Origin: Vulcanimicrobiota bacterium
GTDB taxonomy: Bacteria; Vulcanimicrobiota; Vulcanimicrobiia; Vulcanimicrobiales; Vulcanimicrobiaceae
NCBI GenBank assembly: GCA_963723515.1
Contig: CAVRQT010000003.1
Span: 128,001-192,000, forward strand
DNA: 64,000 nucleotides
Reading direction: 5' to 3'
In this document: positions 10,156 to 21,205 of the stretch, piece after piece
Layout: every line of letters starts with the position of its first letter
Position numbering within the stretch: position 1 is the first letter of the stretch
Notes under the pieces: generated by a model
What the model was told of the DNA's origin: nothing
Database searches by the model: none
The model's input: only the letters and a program-made list of their open reading frames with translations
Program-made: the position numbers and the translations under genes

Positions 10156-11856
10156 TCACGATGCGGACGGTGACGCGATGCCTTCACGAGCGAGCATGGC
10201 GGTGTAGATCTCACGCACGCTTTCCAGCGTGTCGATCTCGTCAGGCGGTTTGTCATCACGGATCCGCACGATCCGGGGGAAACGCAGCGCAAAGCCGCTG
10301 TCATGCAAATCGCTTTCTTGAATGATGTCGAAGGCCACTTCCAAGACGACTCGCGGCTCAACGGGTATCGCACGTCGCCATCCGCGGCTCCGTGCTGGCG
10401 CTTCCGCAACCGTGTGAGACAAGAACCACTCCGTCAGGCGGGCGATCTCCGCATCCGTGAGACCTGAATATGCCTTTCCGATCGTCAGCAAGCGGCCGTC
10501 CTCTCCGCGAACCGCAAAGGTATAGTCGGAGAGCACGTTTGCGCGTTTCCCATGGCCCCACTCAACTCCAACGACGACAACGTCGAGCGTTGAGAGCTCG
10601 CGCTTGAGTTTTAGCCACCACTTTCCGCGCCGCCCGGGAAGGTACGGCGAATCGGCGCGCTTGAGCATCAACCCTTCATTGCCCCGTTGCCGTGCCGCCT
10701 CAAAATGCTCGTGCAGCTTCTCGGCGCCGGCCGCGCTCTCCCAAAGTGACCACGACGCGAGCTGCACATGGTCGCCGCCAACGGCGATCTCGGAGAGAAT
10801 CTCCCGGCGCATCGAAAGCGGCTCGTCGAGCAAGAAGCGTTCGTTCCGTGCGAGCAAGTCGAAACACGCGAACGTCACCGGTACCTCGGCAAGCAACCCC
10901 TGCGAGACGTCTTTGCGCTGCAATCTGGCTTGCAAGTAGCGGAACGGCAACACACGACCGTCTTTTTGTGCGATGATCTCGCCATCGAAAATCATCGAAC
11001 CGGAAATCTGCCGCGCGTCAGCGACGATCTCCGGATACGAATGCGCGACGTCGTTGAGCGTACGCGAGAAGATTCTGACGATATCGCCATGCTTGTGCAA
11101 CTGCGCGCGAATCCCGTCAAACTTATCTTCGAGGATCCATGGTGCTCCGCGCAGCTCCTTATAGGATGAGCCGTAAAGAATCGGGGACGCCAGCATGAAT
11201 CCGATCGGCGAGCCATATGCGACTGCGATTTCGTTAAGACGATGATGGCGCGCCGCGAGTGCGACCTCACCGATATCACCGCTCGCCATCACGGCACGCC
11301 GCACGTCGCGGCTTTCGCAATCGAAGGCTTTCGCAAGAGCGTCGATGACGAGACCCTCTTTGAGCCCGATGCGCAACTCGCCGGTCATAATCTTGATCGC
11401 GTATTTGGCTTCAAGTTGGCAGCGGCACGCGCGCAAGATGCGTTCGCAGAGCAACTGTCGTTTTCGTGAAGCGGCTTTTCCGGACGCGGCCGCGATTTGA
11501 TCCAAAATCACCTTTAAGGACGCGGGGTGGAGCGTTTCGCTAAAGAGTTCAGGCGTATCGCTCGGTTTGATGAGCGGCGCGAGAGCCGCACCGAGGTCGC
11601 CGTGGCGGCGATAGCCGTGAGCAAGTTCCGCCTCACCGACGTTCCACGCCGCACGAGCGGCCGCTACGATCGTGCTGCCGCCAAGCGAGAGCGCCCGCTG
11701 ATCGCGCGCTGCAAATGGATTGCCGGTGAAGAAGCGCGTTGCCGCGGCGAGATCGAGATCGTCAAGCTCGCGCAGGTAGCTTGCGAGCAAATCGATCTTC
11801 GCCAGCTTCGACGACGTCGCTGCGATCGCGTCAGCGGTCTGCGCGAATCGCAACAT
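10156..11856 (-). CDS. ATP-dependent DNA ligase (LigB/Cdc9 type)
   Basis: EDKFDGIRAQLHK motif I, FDGEI, FDLL, EGLMLK, YLPGRRGKWWLKLK, LRFPRIVRIRDDK. Confidence 0.93.
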   Translation of the reverse strand: MLRFAQTADAIAATSSKLAKIDLLASYLRELDDLDLAAATRFFTGNPFAARDQRALSLGGSTIVAAARAAWNVGEAELAHGYRRHGDLGAALAPLIKPSDTPELFSETLHPASLKVILDQIAAASGKAASRKRQLLCERILRACRCQLEAKYAIKIMTGELRIGLKEGLVIDALAKAFDCESRDVRRAVMASGDIGEVALAARHHRLNEIAVAYGSPIGFMLASPILYGSSYKELRGAPWILEDKFDGIRAQLHKHGDIVRIFSRTLNDVAHSYPEIVADARQISGSMIFDGEIIAQKDGRVLPFRYLQARLQRKDVSQGLLAEVPVTFACFDLLARNERFLLDEPLSMRREILSEIAVGGDHVQLASWSLWESAAGAEKLHEHFEAARQRGNEGLMLKRADSPYLPGRRGKWWLKLKRELSTLDVVVVGVEWGHGKRANVLSDYTFAVRGEDGRLLTIGKAYSGLTDAEIARLTEWFLSHTVAEAPARSRGWRRAIPVEPRVVLEVAFDIIQESDLHDSGFALRFPRIVRIRDDKPPDEIDTLESVREIYTAMLAREGIASPSAS

Positions 11857-11882
11857 GGAACCGTACGCCGCGAGGTGCGGTG

Positions 11883-12560
11883 CTAGTGTTGGGCCACCGC
11901 CGTTTGCTGGATTGTATACTGCGTGAACATGGCATGCGCCGTCAACGCTTCGCCGGGCATGTCAATATTCACGTCACCACCGGCCGGAAGGCGATACCCT
12001 TGAGTCTGCGAGGGGTGAATGGTCAAGGTTATTGTGCCGTGAGCATACTGCATCGCAACCGTTCGCGTCGCATACCGTGAATCGAGCGTGACGATCGCCT
12101 GCACGAGCGGATTGGCGTCACGCCGGTCGCTCGTTTTTGGCCGAAGTGAAAACGTCGTCGAGCCTTGATGTTGACCGACAAGACGCACGGCGTACTGCTT
12201 TTGCCACATGCTCGGATCCAACGGCGAAAGGTCGATCGTGCGGAAGGCCGTTGCGAAAAACGGCATGTGCTCGAAGTTGACGTCATAGAGCTGACCGCGA
12301 ACATATTGACCGCTTCCATTTATGTGGAAGTGTAGCCAGGGAAAATGGCGCATTGCCATGGCGACGGTCATCTGAAACGTGTACGCATTGAGGCCGGCAT
12401 TGCGATTGCAAGCCGCCGCGAAGATCGATGTAGGTGCGATTGCGGCGCCCGCTTCGGCGTTTACAACAATCAAGACGGCGCTTACCGCCGCAACAGTCGC
12501 TCGCGCGGAATAAAGCCGCGCAAGCAAACGCTTGGTCTTGTTCGTCAGCGGAATAACCAT
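11883..12560 (-). CDS. Hypothetical exported protein
   Basis: Hydrophobic signal-like N-terminus followed by a beta-rich body. Lies between the exonuclease and the ligase. Confidence 0.6.
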   Translation of the reverse strand: MVIPLTNKTKRLLARLYSARATVAAVSAVLIVVNAEAGAAIAPTSIFAAACNRNAGLNAYTFQMTVAMAMRHFPWLHFHINGSGQYVRGQLYDVNFEHMPFFATAFRTIDLSPLDPSMWQKQYAVRLVGQHQGSTTFSLRPKTSDRRDANPLVQAIVTLDSRYATRTVAMQYAHGTITLTIHPSQTQGYRLPAGGDVNIDMPGEALTAHAMFTQYTIQQTAVAQH

Positions 12561-12619
12561 AAAAGAAATACTGCCGCTGATAGGATACCGTCTTTTGGCG
12601 TGAGTTAAGCGCCCGGCCG

Positions 12620-13642
12620 TTAGAGCAAAGTGAGCTGCGCGTTCTCCTCGAGATACTCTGCATCGATTCCGAGTCGCCGAAGGCGGAAAACGAAATCACG
12701 CCAGCCGTGGTTGAGCAAGACTTTGCTCGGCTGCGCAAGTTCGACGTATCGCAATAGCGCGGGGTAGTCGGCGTGATCCGATAACGGAAACGCGCGATCG
12801 ACTCCATAGCGAAAGATCGTGCCGCGGTCAACGGACCACCCGGTCAAGATGGCCGTCTTTGTCGTGTGCCGGCGTACGGTTTTTGGTAGCTCGCCGGACG
12901 GTGGCCAAACCAAGGCGGTTCCGCCGTCAAATCGCTGCGCGTCGTACCGTTCGTATGGCGGTAAAGGAACGCCGGCGTCTTCGTAGATCTTGCAGATCGA
13001 GTCGACGGCGCCGTGAACCGTTATCGGGATGCCGGCGTGGCCTAAGATTGCGATTGCCTCCTGCGCTTTGCCGAGCGAGTAGGCAAGGAATACCGGAACG
13101 CCGTCGCCCGCGAGCGTTTCATGCGCGAACGCGACGATTTGGGCCGCGACTTCAGCGCGCGGCGGAAAGGCGTATTGCGGGCGCCCGTACGTGCACTCCA
13201 TCAGCACGACGTCGCACCGCTTGACTTCAGGGGGTTCGGCGGTGTACGAGCGTTCAAGTTTGAAGTCGCCGGTATAAACAAACGAACCGCTCTCTCCCTC
13301 GATCAAAAGCTGCGAGCTCCCGAGCACGTGGCCGGCGGAAAACAACGTCAACCGATGGTCTGCGACTTCCCACGGTTCGTTGAACGCGTGTTCTTCAAAG
13401 TCGCACGCAGGGGTGCTTTTGCGAGCGGATTCGAGCAACGACTGCTGTGCCGACTGTCCGTTACGCCGCAAGAAACGCAAGCGGCAAATCTTCGCGCTGT
13501 TGATGGAGGTGACGATCGTTTCGTGCTCGCGAGCGTGGTCGGAGTGTCCGTGAGAGACGTAGCAGCGTTCGCGCGCCTTCATCGAATCGATCCAAAGGTC
13601 GAGCGCGCTTACATACAGCGATTTTTCGGTAACGCTGAACAT
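12620..13642 (-). CDS. MBL-fold/beta-CASP exonuclease (ligase-associated, SNM1-like)
   Basis: [45 protein letters not shown] at 13642. Confidence 0.88.
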   Translation of the reverse strand: MFSVTEKSLYVSALDLWIDSMKARERCYVSHGHSDHAREHETIVTSINSAKICRLRFLRRNGQSAQQSLLESARKSTPACDFEEHAFNEPWEVADHRLTLFSAGHVLGSSQLLIEGESGSFVYTGDFKLERSYTAEPPEVKRCDVVLMECTYGRPQYAFPPRAEVAAQIVAFAHETLAGDGVPVFLAYSLGKAQEAIAILGHAGIPITVHGAVDSICKIYEDAGVPLPPYERYDAQRFDGGTALVWPPSGELPKTVRRHTTKTAILTGWSVDRGTIFRYGVDRAFPLSDHADYPALLRYVELAQPSKVLLNHGWRDFVFRLRRLGIDAEYLEENAQLTLL

Positions 13643-13714
13643 TGGGACGAACAGGTGTTTGGCCGCCTGCACGCCGGAAACCTGTGCGATGCGGAGCCTG
13701 TTAAAGAGCCCACT

Positions 13715-14683
13715 ATGGCACGAATCTATGAAAATATCACGGACACGTTCGGCAATACACCGCTCGTCAAGATTCCGCGGCTGACTCGCGCGCTTCAGGC
13801 GACCGTGCTGGTCAAGATGGAGTCGTTCAATCCGGCGGGTTCCGTCAAAGACCGTATCGGCGTTTCGATGATCGAGGCGGCTGAACGCGAGGGCCGGCTG
13901 CGCCCGAATACGACGATCGTCGAACCGACGAGCGGCAACACCGGGATCGCGCTCGCATTTGTGGCCGCCGCGAAAGGGTATCCATGCATTCTGACGATGC
14001 CCGATACGATGACGATCGAGCGGCGCAACCTGCTGCGCGCCTACGGTGCGCAAGTCGTGCTGACGCCGGGCGCTGAAGGCATGCCCGGCGCGATTCGCCG
14101 CGCACGTGAAATCGTCGCCAGCGATCCGGCGCGTTTCCACATGCCGGGGCAGTTTGAGAATCCCGCAAATCCCGAAATTCACCGCCGAACGACTGCTGAA
14201 GAAATTTGGCGCGACACGGACGGAAATATCGACGTGCTCGTCGCGGCGGTCGGAACCGGCGGCACGATCACCGGCGTGGCGGAAGTCATCCGCTCGCGGC
14301 GACCATCGTTTCAAGCGATCGCCGTCGAACCCGCCGGATCGCCCGTGCTTTCCGGAGGTGCGCCCGGCCCACACAAGATTCAAGGAACCGGCGCCGGCTT
14401 TGTGCCGCAAGTGCTCAACACGGAGATCTATGCCGAAGTCATCCGCGTCAGCGATCAAGACGCGATCGAAACGGCGCGTCGTGCGGCGCGCGAGGAAGGC
14501 ATGCTCGTCGGCATTTCGTCGGGTGCGAATCTGTGGGCTGCGCTCGAGGTCGCAAAGCGCGAGAAGATGCGAGGAAAAACGATCGTCACGATCGCGTGTG
14601 ATACGGGCGAACGGTATCTCTCGAATCCGCTCTTCGCCGATCAGGCGCCGCCCGTTCACGAAGCGACCCTGAGCCTGCCCTGA
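13715..14683 (+). CDS. cysK: Cysteine synthase A
   Basis: [48 protein letters not shown]. The last codons (TLSLP*) come from a repeat. Confidence 0.95.
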   Translation: MARIYENITDTFGNTPLVKIPRLTRALQATVLVKMESFNPAGSVKDRIGVSMIEAAEREGRLRPNTTIVEPTSGNTGIALAFVAAAKGYPCILTMPDTMTIERRNLLRAYGAQVVLTPGAEGMPGAIRRAREIVASDPARFHMPGQFENPANPEIHRRTTAEEIWRDTDGNIDVLVAAVGTGGTITGVAEVIRSRRPSFQAIAVEPAGSPVLSGGAPGPHKIQGTGAGFVPQVLNTEIYAEVIRVSDQDAIETARRAAREEGMLVGISSGANLWAALEVAKREKMRGKTIVTIACDTGERYLSNPLFADQAPPVHEATLSLP

Positions 14684-14718
14684 GCTGGTCGAAAGCCTGC
14701 ACTGAGCTTGTCGAAGTG
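14668..14718 (-). repeat. Cluster of three nested/tandem hairpin repeat units
   Basis: The minus strand reads CACTTCGACAAGCTCAGTGCAGGC-TTTCGACCAGCTCAGGGCAGG-CTCAGGG. Confidence 0.85.
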
Positions 14719-14721
14719 GGT

Positions 14722-15742
14722 GTGAATGATGCGTTCGTCGAGATAACGCGCGGCCCGATCGTCGAATCGGCTCACGCCATTTGGGCGTGCGCCGTCGATC
14801 GAACCGGCACGCCGATCGTGCAAATGGGCGATATCGAAACGCCGGTCTACCTTCGCTCAAGCGCGAAACCGTTTATTGCAGCCGCAGCGGTCCGCGCCGG
14901 CGTCGTGCAACGCTTTGGCCTAGAACCACGCGAAGTTGCCGTCATGGCAGCGTCGCATTCCGGCGAGCCTTTCCACATCGATGCGGTGCGATCGATCTTG
15001 CGTAAGATCGGCTTGCCGGAATCCGCCTTACAATGCGGACCGCATCCGCCGTACAATGCGGCGGCGGCAAAGGAACTGGCCGATCGCGGTGAGCCGTTTA
15101 CGGCGATTCACAACAATTGCTCGGGCAAACATGCGGGCATCTTAGCGCTGTGCGTCCTTCTGAATTGCGATCCGGCGACATACATGCAGCCGGCGAACCC
15201 AGCGGAGCAGGAGATACTCGCCTTCTGCGCACGCATGACGGGCGATACCGTCGCAGATTTTCCCATCGGCGTAGACGGCTGCGGCATTCCGGTGTTCGCC
15301 GTTCCGGCACTGCACGGGGCGCGGGCGTTCATGCGATTGGCCACCCTGGAAGGCATCGATGCAGAGGATGCTCGGGCACTGGGTGCCGTGCGTGAAGCGA
15401 TGCTCGACTATCCTTTATATATCGCCGGAACGGATGAGTTTGATTCGGTCTTAATGGCGCAGTCGAATCGCACGATTGCCTGCAAAGGCGGAGCAGAAGC
15501 GGTTCACGGCGACGCCGTCATCTCCGAAGGGATCGGCTTGTTCGTCAAAGTGCGCGATGGAGGGCGTCGTGCCGTCGCGCCCACCGTTCTTGCGATCTTG
15601 GACGAACTCGAAGCGATCGCGCTGAACAGCGCATCCGGCGTTGGCGGATTTCGCGGCGCCGCCGATTCGAAATCGCGCCGGGCGAACCGTCGGGGAAACC
15701 CGCGTGAAGCGGGCGATGATTACGAAGACGCGAAAACCGTAA
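14722..15742 (+). CDS. L-asparaginase II (Rhizobium AnsA type); frameshift near 15630
   Basis: RGPIVESAH, RSSAKPF, ASHSGE, NNCSGKHAG, DGCGIP, KGGAE. The shifted frame gives PPIRNRAGRTVGETRV.. ending at TAA 15740-15742. Confidence 0.85.
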
Positions 15743-15747
15743 GCACC

Positions 15748-18700
15748 ATGCCTTCTTATCTCGATCTGCTGCGCGAGCGAATCGTGCTCTTTGATGGTGC
15801 GATGGGCACGCAGGTCATGGCGTTAGAGCCCGAAGCAGCGCGCTTCGGCGGTGCGCAGTACCACGGCTGCAACGAAGCGCTCGTCTTAAGCGAGCCGCAG
15901 CTGATCGAACGCATCCACGCGGGCTACTTCGAAGCAGGCGCCGATATCGTCGAAACCGACACCTTCACCGGCTCGCGCCTCAAACTCGATGAGTACGGTC
16001 TCGGCGAACGCACCGCCGAAATCAATCGCAGAGCGGCCGAAATCGCGCGTAGTGCGGCAGAGAGGTTCAGCACGCCGGATTGGCCGCGGTTCGTTGCGGG
16101 CTCGCTCGGTCCAACCGGGATGCTGATTTCGTCCTCCGATCCGCTGCTTTCGCGAATTACCTACGATCAGCTCGTCGAGCTCTATCGCGAGCAGGCCGTC
16201 AATTTGCTTGCAGGCGGCGTCGATCTGCTCGTCATCGAGACGATGCAGGATCTGCTTGAGGCGAAGGCTGCGATCGCAGGAATCCAGCAGGCGTTTGAGA
16301 GCGGCTCCCGCCGCGTTCCCGTTCAGGCGCAAGTGACGCTCGACGTCACGGGTCGCATGCTGCTCGGCACCGATATTCGCGCCGTCTGCGCGACGCTCGA
16401 CGCGTTGCCGATCGACGTCATAGGGCTCAATTGTTCGACCGGCCCGCTGCACATGCGCGATCCGGTGCGGTATCTTTGCGAAGCGTCGACCAAATTCATC
16501 AGCGTGATTCCCAATGCGGGACTTCCCAAGATGGGTCCGCAGGGTGAGACGATCTATCCTGAGACACCCGATGAGCTGGCGCATGAGTTGAAATCGTTCG
16601 TTCAGGATTTTGGCGTCAACGTCGTCGGCGGCTGTTGTGGGACGACGCCCGATCACATCGCGGCCTTGCGCGACGCGATCCGCGGAGTGAAGCCGCGCAT
16701 GCCCACGCGCAAGACGCACCAGTTTGTCGCATCGGCCATGACGGCGGTCGCGCTCGAGCAAGAACCGCGTCCGCTGCTCGTCGGCGAACGCATCAACGCG
16801 CAGGGTTCGCGCCGGACAAAACGCCTGTTGCTCGAGGAGAAGTATGACGACATCATGCTCGTCGCGCGCGAGCAAGTTGAAGGCGGCGCGCACGTGCTCG
16901 ACATCTGTTGTGCAATGACCGAGCGAACCGACGAGGATGCACAGATGCAGACGCTCGTCAAGAAGTTAGCGCAATCGACCGAAGCGCCGCTGATGATCGA
17001 CTCGACGGAGCCGCGCGTGCTCGAAACGGCGTTAAAGAATTACGGCGGACGTGCGATCGTCAATTCCGTGCACTTGGAGAATGGGCGCGTCAAGATCGAT
17101 ACGATCATGCCGCTCGTGATGGAAACCGGTGCCGCGGTCGTTGCGCTCACGATCGACGAGCAAGGGATGGCGAAAACCGCTGAGCGCAAAACGGAGATCG
17201 CCGGGCTGATTTACGACATCTGCGTGCGCGAATATGGGTTGCCGCCGGGTGCGCTGATCTTCGATGCGCTAACGTTCACGCTCGCCACGGGCGCCGAAGA
17301 GTACATCGATTCAGCGATCCAAACGATCGAGGGCATCCGCAAAATAAAGGCGCAACTGCCCGGCGTTCTCGCCTCGCTTGGCGTTTCGAATGTCTCATTC
17401 GGGCTCAAGCCGCACGCGCGAGCGACGCTCAACTCCGTCTTCCTGCATCACTGTGTCGAGGCCGGTCTTGGATATCGCGCTCGTCAACGCGAAGGAGATC
17501 ACGCCTTACGCCGAGATCCCCGGAGAAGAGCGAAGCCTCTGCGACGACCTCGTCTTCAATCGCCGACCCGATGCGCTGCAGCGCTTCATCGAGCACTGGG
17601 AGAGCAAATCGGCCCCGGCCGCCGGCGCACAAGCCGAGGCGACTGAAGATGCGGACGAGCCCATTGAAGTCCGCATTCATAACGCGATCTTGCGGCGGCG
17701 TAAAGACGGGATTGAGGCGAAGATCGATGAGGCGCTGGAAGGCCGTGGACCGATCGACGTCTTGAACAACATCCTTCTGCCGGCGATGAAGGATGTCGGC
17801 GATCGTTTCGGCGCGGGCGAGCTCATCTTGCCGTTCGTCTTGCAGTCCGCCGAAGTGATGAAGAAAGCGGTCGCGCACCTCGAGCAGTTCTTAGAGAAAC
17901 AGGAGGGCACGACCAAAGGTAAAGTCGTGCTCGCCACCGTCTTCGGCGATGTGCACGACATCGGCAAGAACCTCGTCAACACGATTCTGACGAATAATGG
18001 TTACAGCGTTTTCGATCTCGGCAAGCAAGTGCCGATGAACACGATCCTCGAAAAGGCGACAGAGGTGAACGCCGATGCGATTGGACTCTCGGCGTTGCTT
18101 GTCTCTACGAGCAAACAGATGCCGGTCTGCGTTGCGGAGCAGGAGTCGCGCGGGCTCGCGTTTCCCGTCATCGTCGGCGGCGCGGCAATCAACCGCGACT
18201 TCGGCCGGCGCATCGCCCTCGTTGAGGGCGAGCGCTTCTTCGAGCCGGGCGTCTTTTACGCGAAGGACGCCTTCGAAGGCCTCGACCTGATGGAGCAACT
18301 GACGCACGAGTCGTCGCGCAAGACGTTGCTCGAGAAGAGCAAGCGCGAAGCGTTCGCATTACGCAGCAGTGCAGTGGCCGCCGCAACCCCGCCCAAACGG
18401 CGAAGTTTCCAAGGTCAAAGCGGAGCGCCCGGATATTCCACGCGCGCCGTTCTTTGGGCCACGGACGCTTGCGCGTCGATCCCAATGAATTGTGGCCCTG
18501 CTTCGATCTGCGCAGCCTGTACCGGCTTTCGTGGGGCGCTTCAAATACGAAGGGCGAGCAGTGGGAGACGCTGCTGCGTGAAGATTTCGAACCGCGGCTT
18601 CATCGGTACGAGCAACTCGCCGTTGATGAGAAGATCCTCGACCCGCGTATTGTGTACGGTTATTTTCGAGCGGCAGGTGAGGGGAACGATGTGCTGCTCT

Positions 18701-19215
18701 TCGATGCCGATGATGCGACGCGCGAGGTCGCGCGCTTTGCATTCTCACGCCAACCCGGGGGTGAGCATCTTTGTCTCGCTGACTACGTGCGGCCGCGTGA
18801 GAACGGCCAGCCCATCGATGTTGTCGCGCTGCAGATCGTGACTGTCGGTTCGGAGGCGACCAAGCGCATCGACGCCTTGCAAGCGCGCGGCGATTACAGC
18901 GAGTCGTATTTTCTGCACGGTTTCTGCGTGCAATCCGCTGAGGCGCTCGCCGAACATACGCATCGGCGTATCCGAACTGAATTGGGATTGCCCGACGATC
19001 GCGGCAAGCGCTACTCTTGGGGCTACGGCGCATGCCCCGATCTCTCGCAGCATGAAACCGTTTTCAGATTGCTCGATGCGTCAAAGGCAATGGGCGTGCA
19101 GCTCACGCCGGCGTACCAAATCGTACCGGAGCAGTCGACCGCGGCGATCGTCATCCATCATCCGAAGGCGGCATATTTTAACGCCGCCGCCGTACGCGAG
19201 CTGACAACGGCGTAA
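15748..19215 (+). CDS. metH: Cobalamin-dependent methionine synthase (two apparent frameshifts, ~17470 and ~18400)
   Basis: FDGAMGT, GLNCSTGP, GGCCGTTPDHI, GERINAQGS, GDVHDIGKNLV, RYSWGYGACPDL, PEQSTAA. Confidence 0.95.
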
Positions 19216-19227
19216 GCGAGGCCAAAT

Positions 19228-19581
19228 ATGGTTAAAGAGATTGGGTTTGTGGTGTATACCGTGTCGGATTTGGAGAGAGCGAAGGCGTTTTATCGTGACG
19301 TTGTCGGCCTCGGCGAGCCGAAAGATCTGCACGCCAGCTGGTCGGAGTTCGACGTCGGCGGCACGACGTTCGCAGTCGTTACAGGCGGTGAGGCGGTCGG
19401 AATGCCGCCCGGCTCCAGCTTCAGCGTCGCGTTCGAAGTTGACGATTTAGACGCCGCATTCAAGCGGCTGAAAGAGAAGGGCGTCGATATTAAGGAGCCG
19501 TTTGAATCCCCGACGTGCCATGCGTGCTTCGCAAAGGACCCCGACGGCAACCGCTTCGCGTTACATCAGCTAAAGAAGTAG
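19228..19581 (+). CDS. VOC/glyoxalase family protein
   Basis: VSDLERAKAFYRDVVGL, FEVDDLD, KDPDGN. Confidence 0.88.
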   Translation: MVKEIGFVVYTVSDLERAKAFYRDVVGLGEPKDLHASWSEFDVGGTTFAVVTGGEAVGMPPGSSFSVAFEVDDLDAAFKRLKEKGVDIKEPFESPTCHACFAKDPDGNRFALHQLKK

Positions 19582-19597
19582 CGCGCGAAGCGGCACT

Positions 19598-19610
19598 GCT
19601 CAGGGTGACA
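19598..19610 (+). repeat. Half copy of the hairpin repeat; supplies the YceI-gene stop codon
   Basis: GCTCAGGGTGACA is the exact reverse complement of 56058-56070. Confidence 0.55.
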
Positions 19611-20211
19611 GGACGATGTCGAAATCCACTTTTACGTCGTCTTTGACTGAGACGGCGCCGCCCATCACTTTGATCGGCGTAATGCCGAACGACGTCTGCC
19701 GGATCATCGTTGAGCCCGTAAAATGAGATGCGTCCAATTTAGCAACTTGAAGCGTAATGGGCCGCGTCGTCCCGTGCAGCGTGAGATCCCCGTTGACGAT
19801 CCACCGTCTTGGATCGCGATCGTCGATCGACGTTGAGCGAAACGCGATCGTCGGATATTTCGCGATCTCGAGCACTTGGTTATCCATCGCTTTTTGAATG
19901 CTGTCGCGATAGTTTCGATCGAGGACTTGCATCTTTGCGACCTCGATCGTCAATTCGACGCTGCGCGCTGCGGGATTATAGCGGCCGGCGCTGATCGGCG
20001 CGTCGATCGTGTGGTTGTCGGCCAAGGCCGAAAAGAAGCCTTGCTTGTAGACGTAGACCGTCATCTTCGAGCGCTGCGCGTCGATCGCGCGGGAGGCGGG
20101 AACGGAAGTGGGCGGTGGTGCTGCGAGCGTAGGCGGCATCGCTGCCGCGAGAAGAAGAACGCATGAAACGCATCCGCGCAGCGCCGTCTGCATGCGAGCA
20201 TGATGCAACAT
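19600..20211 (-). CDS. YceI-family secreted protein
   Basis: Signal peptide, KYPTIAFRST, VNGDLTLHGTTRPI, FGITP, VKDDVKVDFDI. Confidence 0.8.
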   Translation of the reverse strand: MLHHARMQTALRGCVSCVLLLAAAMPPTLAAPPPTSVPASRAIDAQRSKMTVYVYKQGFFSALADNHTIDAPISAGRYNPAARSVELTIEVAKMQVLDRNYRDSIQKAMDNQVLEIAKYPTIAFRSTSIDDRDPRRWIVNGDLTLHGTTRPITLQVAKLDASHFTGSTMIRQTSFGITPIKVMGGAVSVKDDVKVDFDIVLSP

Positions 20212-20311
20212 AGTCGTGAATTCTTTATGAATGGTGCGCAACGCTCCCCCGCCAGGGAAGCCCTCCACTCGAGCGTAACGCACGGTCGAAAGGAGGCAAG
20301 AATATCGCGCC

Positions 20312-21205
20312 ATGACGCCCACGCATATACTGCTCGGCATTACCTCGGCAGTCGCCCTCGCGTTTGTCGCCGTCTGGATAGCGCAGATTCGAAGGGAAGG
20401 ACTGCGCAGCCCAAAGTTCATCGAGGTTGTGCTGGGCTTCGTCACGGATTTTCTCGACACGCTCGGGATCGGATCGTTCGCACCCACGACGTCCGTATTT
20501 AAGTTCGCGCGCTTGGTCCCGGACCAGCGGATTCCGGGAACGCTCAACGTGGGGCACATGCTGCCGACCTTGATCGAGGCGCTGGTCTTCATTGCGATCG
20601 TCGCGGTGGCGCCGCTGACGCTTTATGCGATGATCTTCGCTGCCGTGGCGGGAGCCTGGCTCGGCGCCGGCATCGTTGCGCGGTGGCCGCGCCGGTACGT
20701 GCAGCTCGGCATGGGCATCGCCCTGGCCGTGGCCGCCGTTTTGTTCACCATGAAAAATTTGCAGCTTTTTCCGCCGGGCGGTAGCGCGCTTGCGCTCACC
20801 GGCGCGTTGCTGGCGCTCGGTGTGGCAGCGAACTTCGCACTTGGTGCGCTCATGACGATCGGTATCGGCCTCTACGCGCCCTGCATGATCTTGGTGAGCC
20901 TACTCGGCATGAATCCGATCGCTGCATTTCCGATCATGATGGGATCCTGCGCGTTTTTGATGCCTATCGCTGGAATTCGCTTCATCCGCGCAAACGCATA
21001 CGAAATCGGCGCCGCGCTGGGCCTGACGATCGGCGGGATGCCCGGCGTGCTGATTGCCGCCTTCATCGTCAAGTCGTTGCCGCTGATCGCCGTGCGATGG
21101 CTGGTGGTGGTCGTCGTCATCTACGCCGCCGTTACGATGATACGGTCTGCTTTGCAGGAACGCCGCTATGCGGCCGTCGCTTCCTCCGTCCCGACAGCGC
21201 TGTGA
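20312..21205 (+). CDS. TauE/SafE (TSUP) family permease
   Basis: GFVTDFLDTLGIGSFAPTT, multiple TM helices, AFPIMMGSCAFL. Confidence 0.75.
   Translation: MTPTHILLGITSAVALAFVAVWIAQIRREGLRSPKFIEVVLGFVTDFLDTLGIGSFAPTTSVFKFARLVPDQRIPGTLNVGHMLPTLIEALVFIAIVAVAPLTLYAMIFAAVAGAWLGAGIVARWPRRYVQLGMGIALAVAAVLFTMKNLQLFPPGGSALALTGALLALGVAANFALGALMTIGIGLYAPCMILVSLLGMNPIAAFPIMMGSCAFLMPIAGIRFIRANAYEIGAALGLTIGGMPGVLIAAFIVKSLPLIAVRWLVVVVVIYAAVTMIRSALQERRYAAVASSVPTAL

Noticed and set aside
12620..14860. 746-aa minus-strand ORF and 520-aa plus-strand ORF (13121..14683) as long overlapping genes
   Set aside because: These are N-terminal over-extensions antisense to each other. Homology begins at ATG 13642 (exonuclease) and ATG 13715 (cysK).
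15886..16893. Long antisense or alternate-frame ORFs (this one, 21706..22548, 28639..29505, 45227..46201 and others)
   Set aside because: They are shadow ORFs typical of GC-rich coding DNA and carry no recognisable motifs.
14716..17646. Apparent 976-aa asparaginase II-MetH fusion
   Set aside because: The linker is out-of-frame sequence. The true asparaginase C-terminus is in another frame ending at TAA 15740-15742, and metH has its own ATG at 15748. One indel near 15630 explains it.
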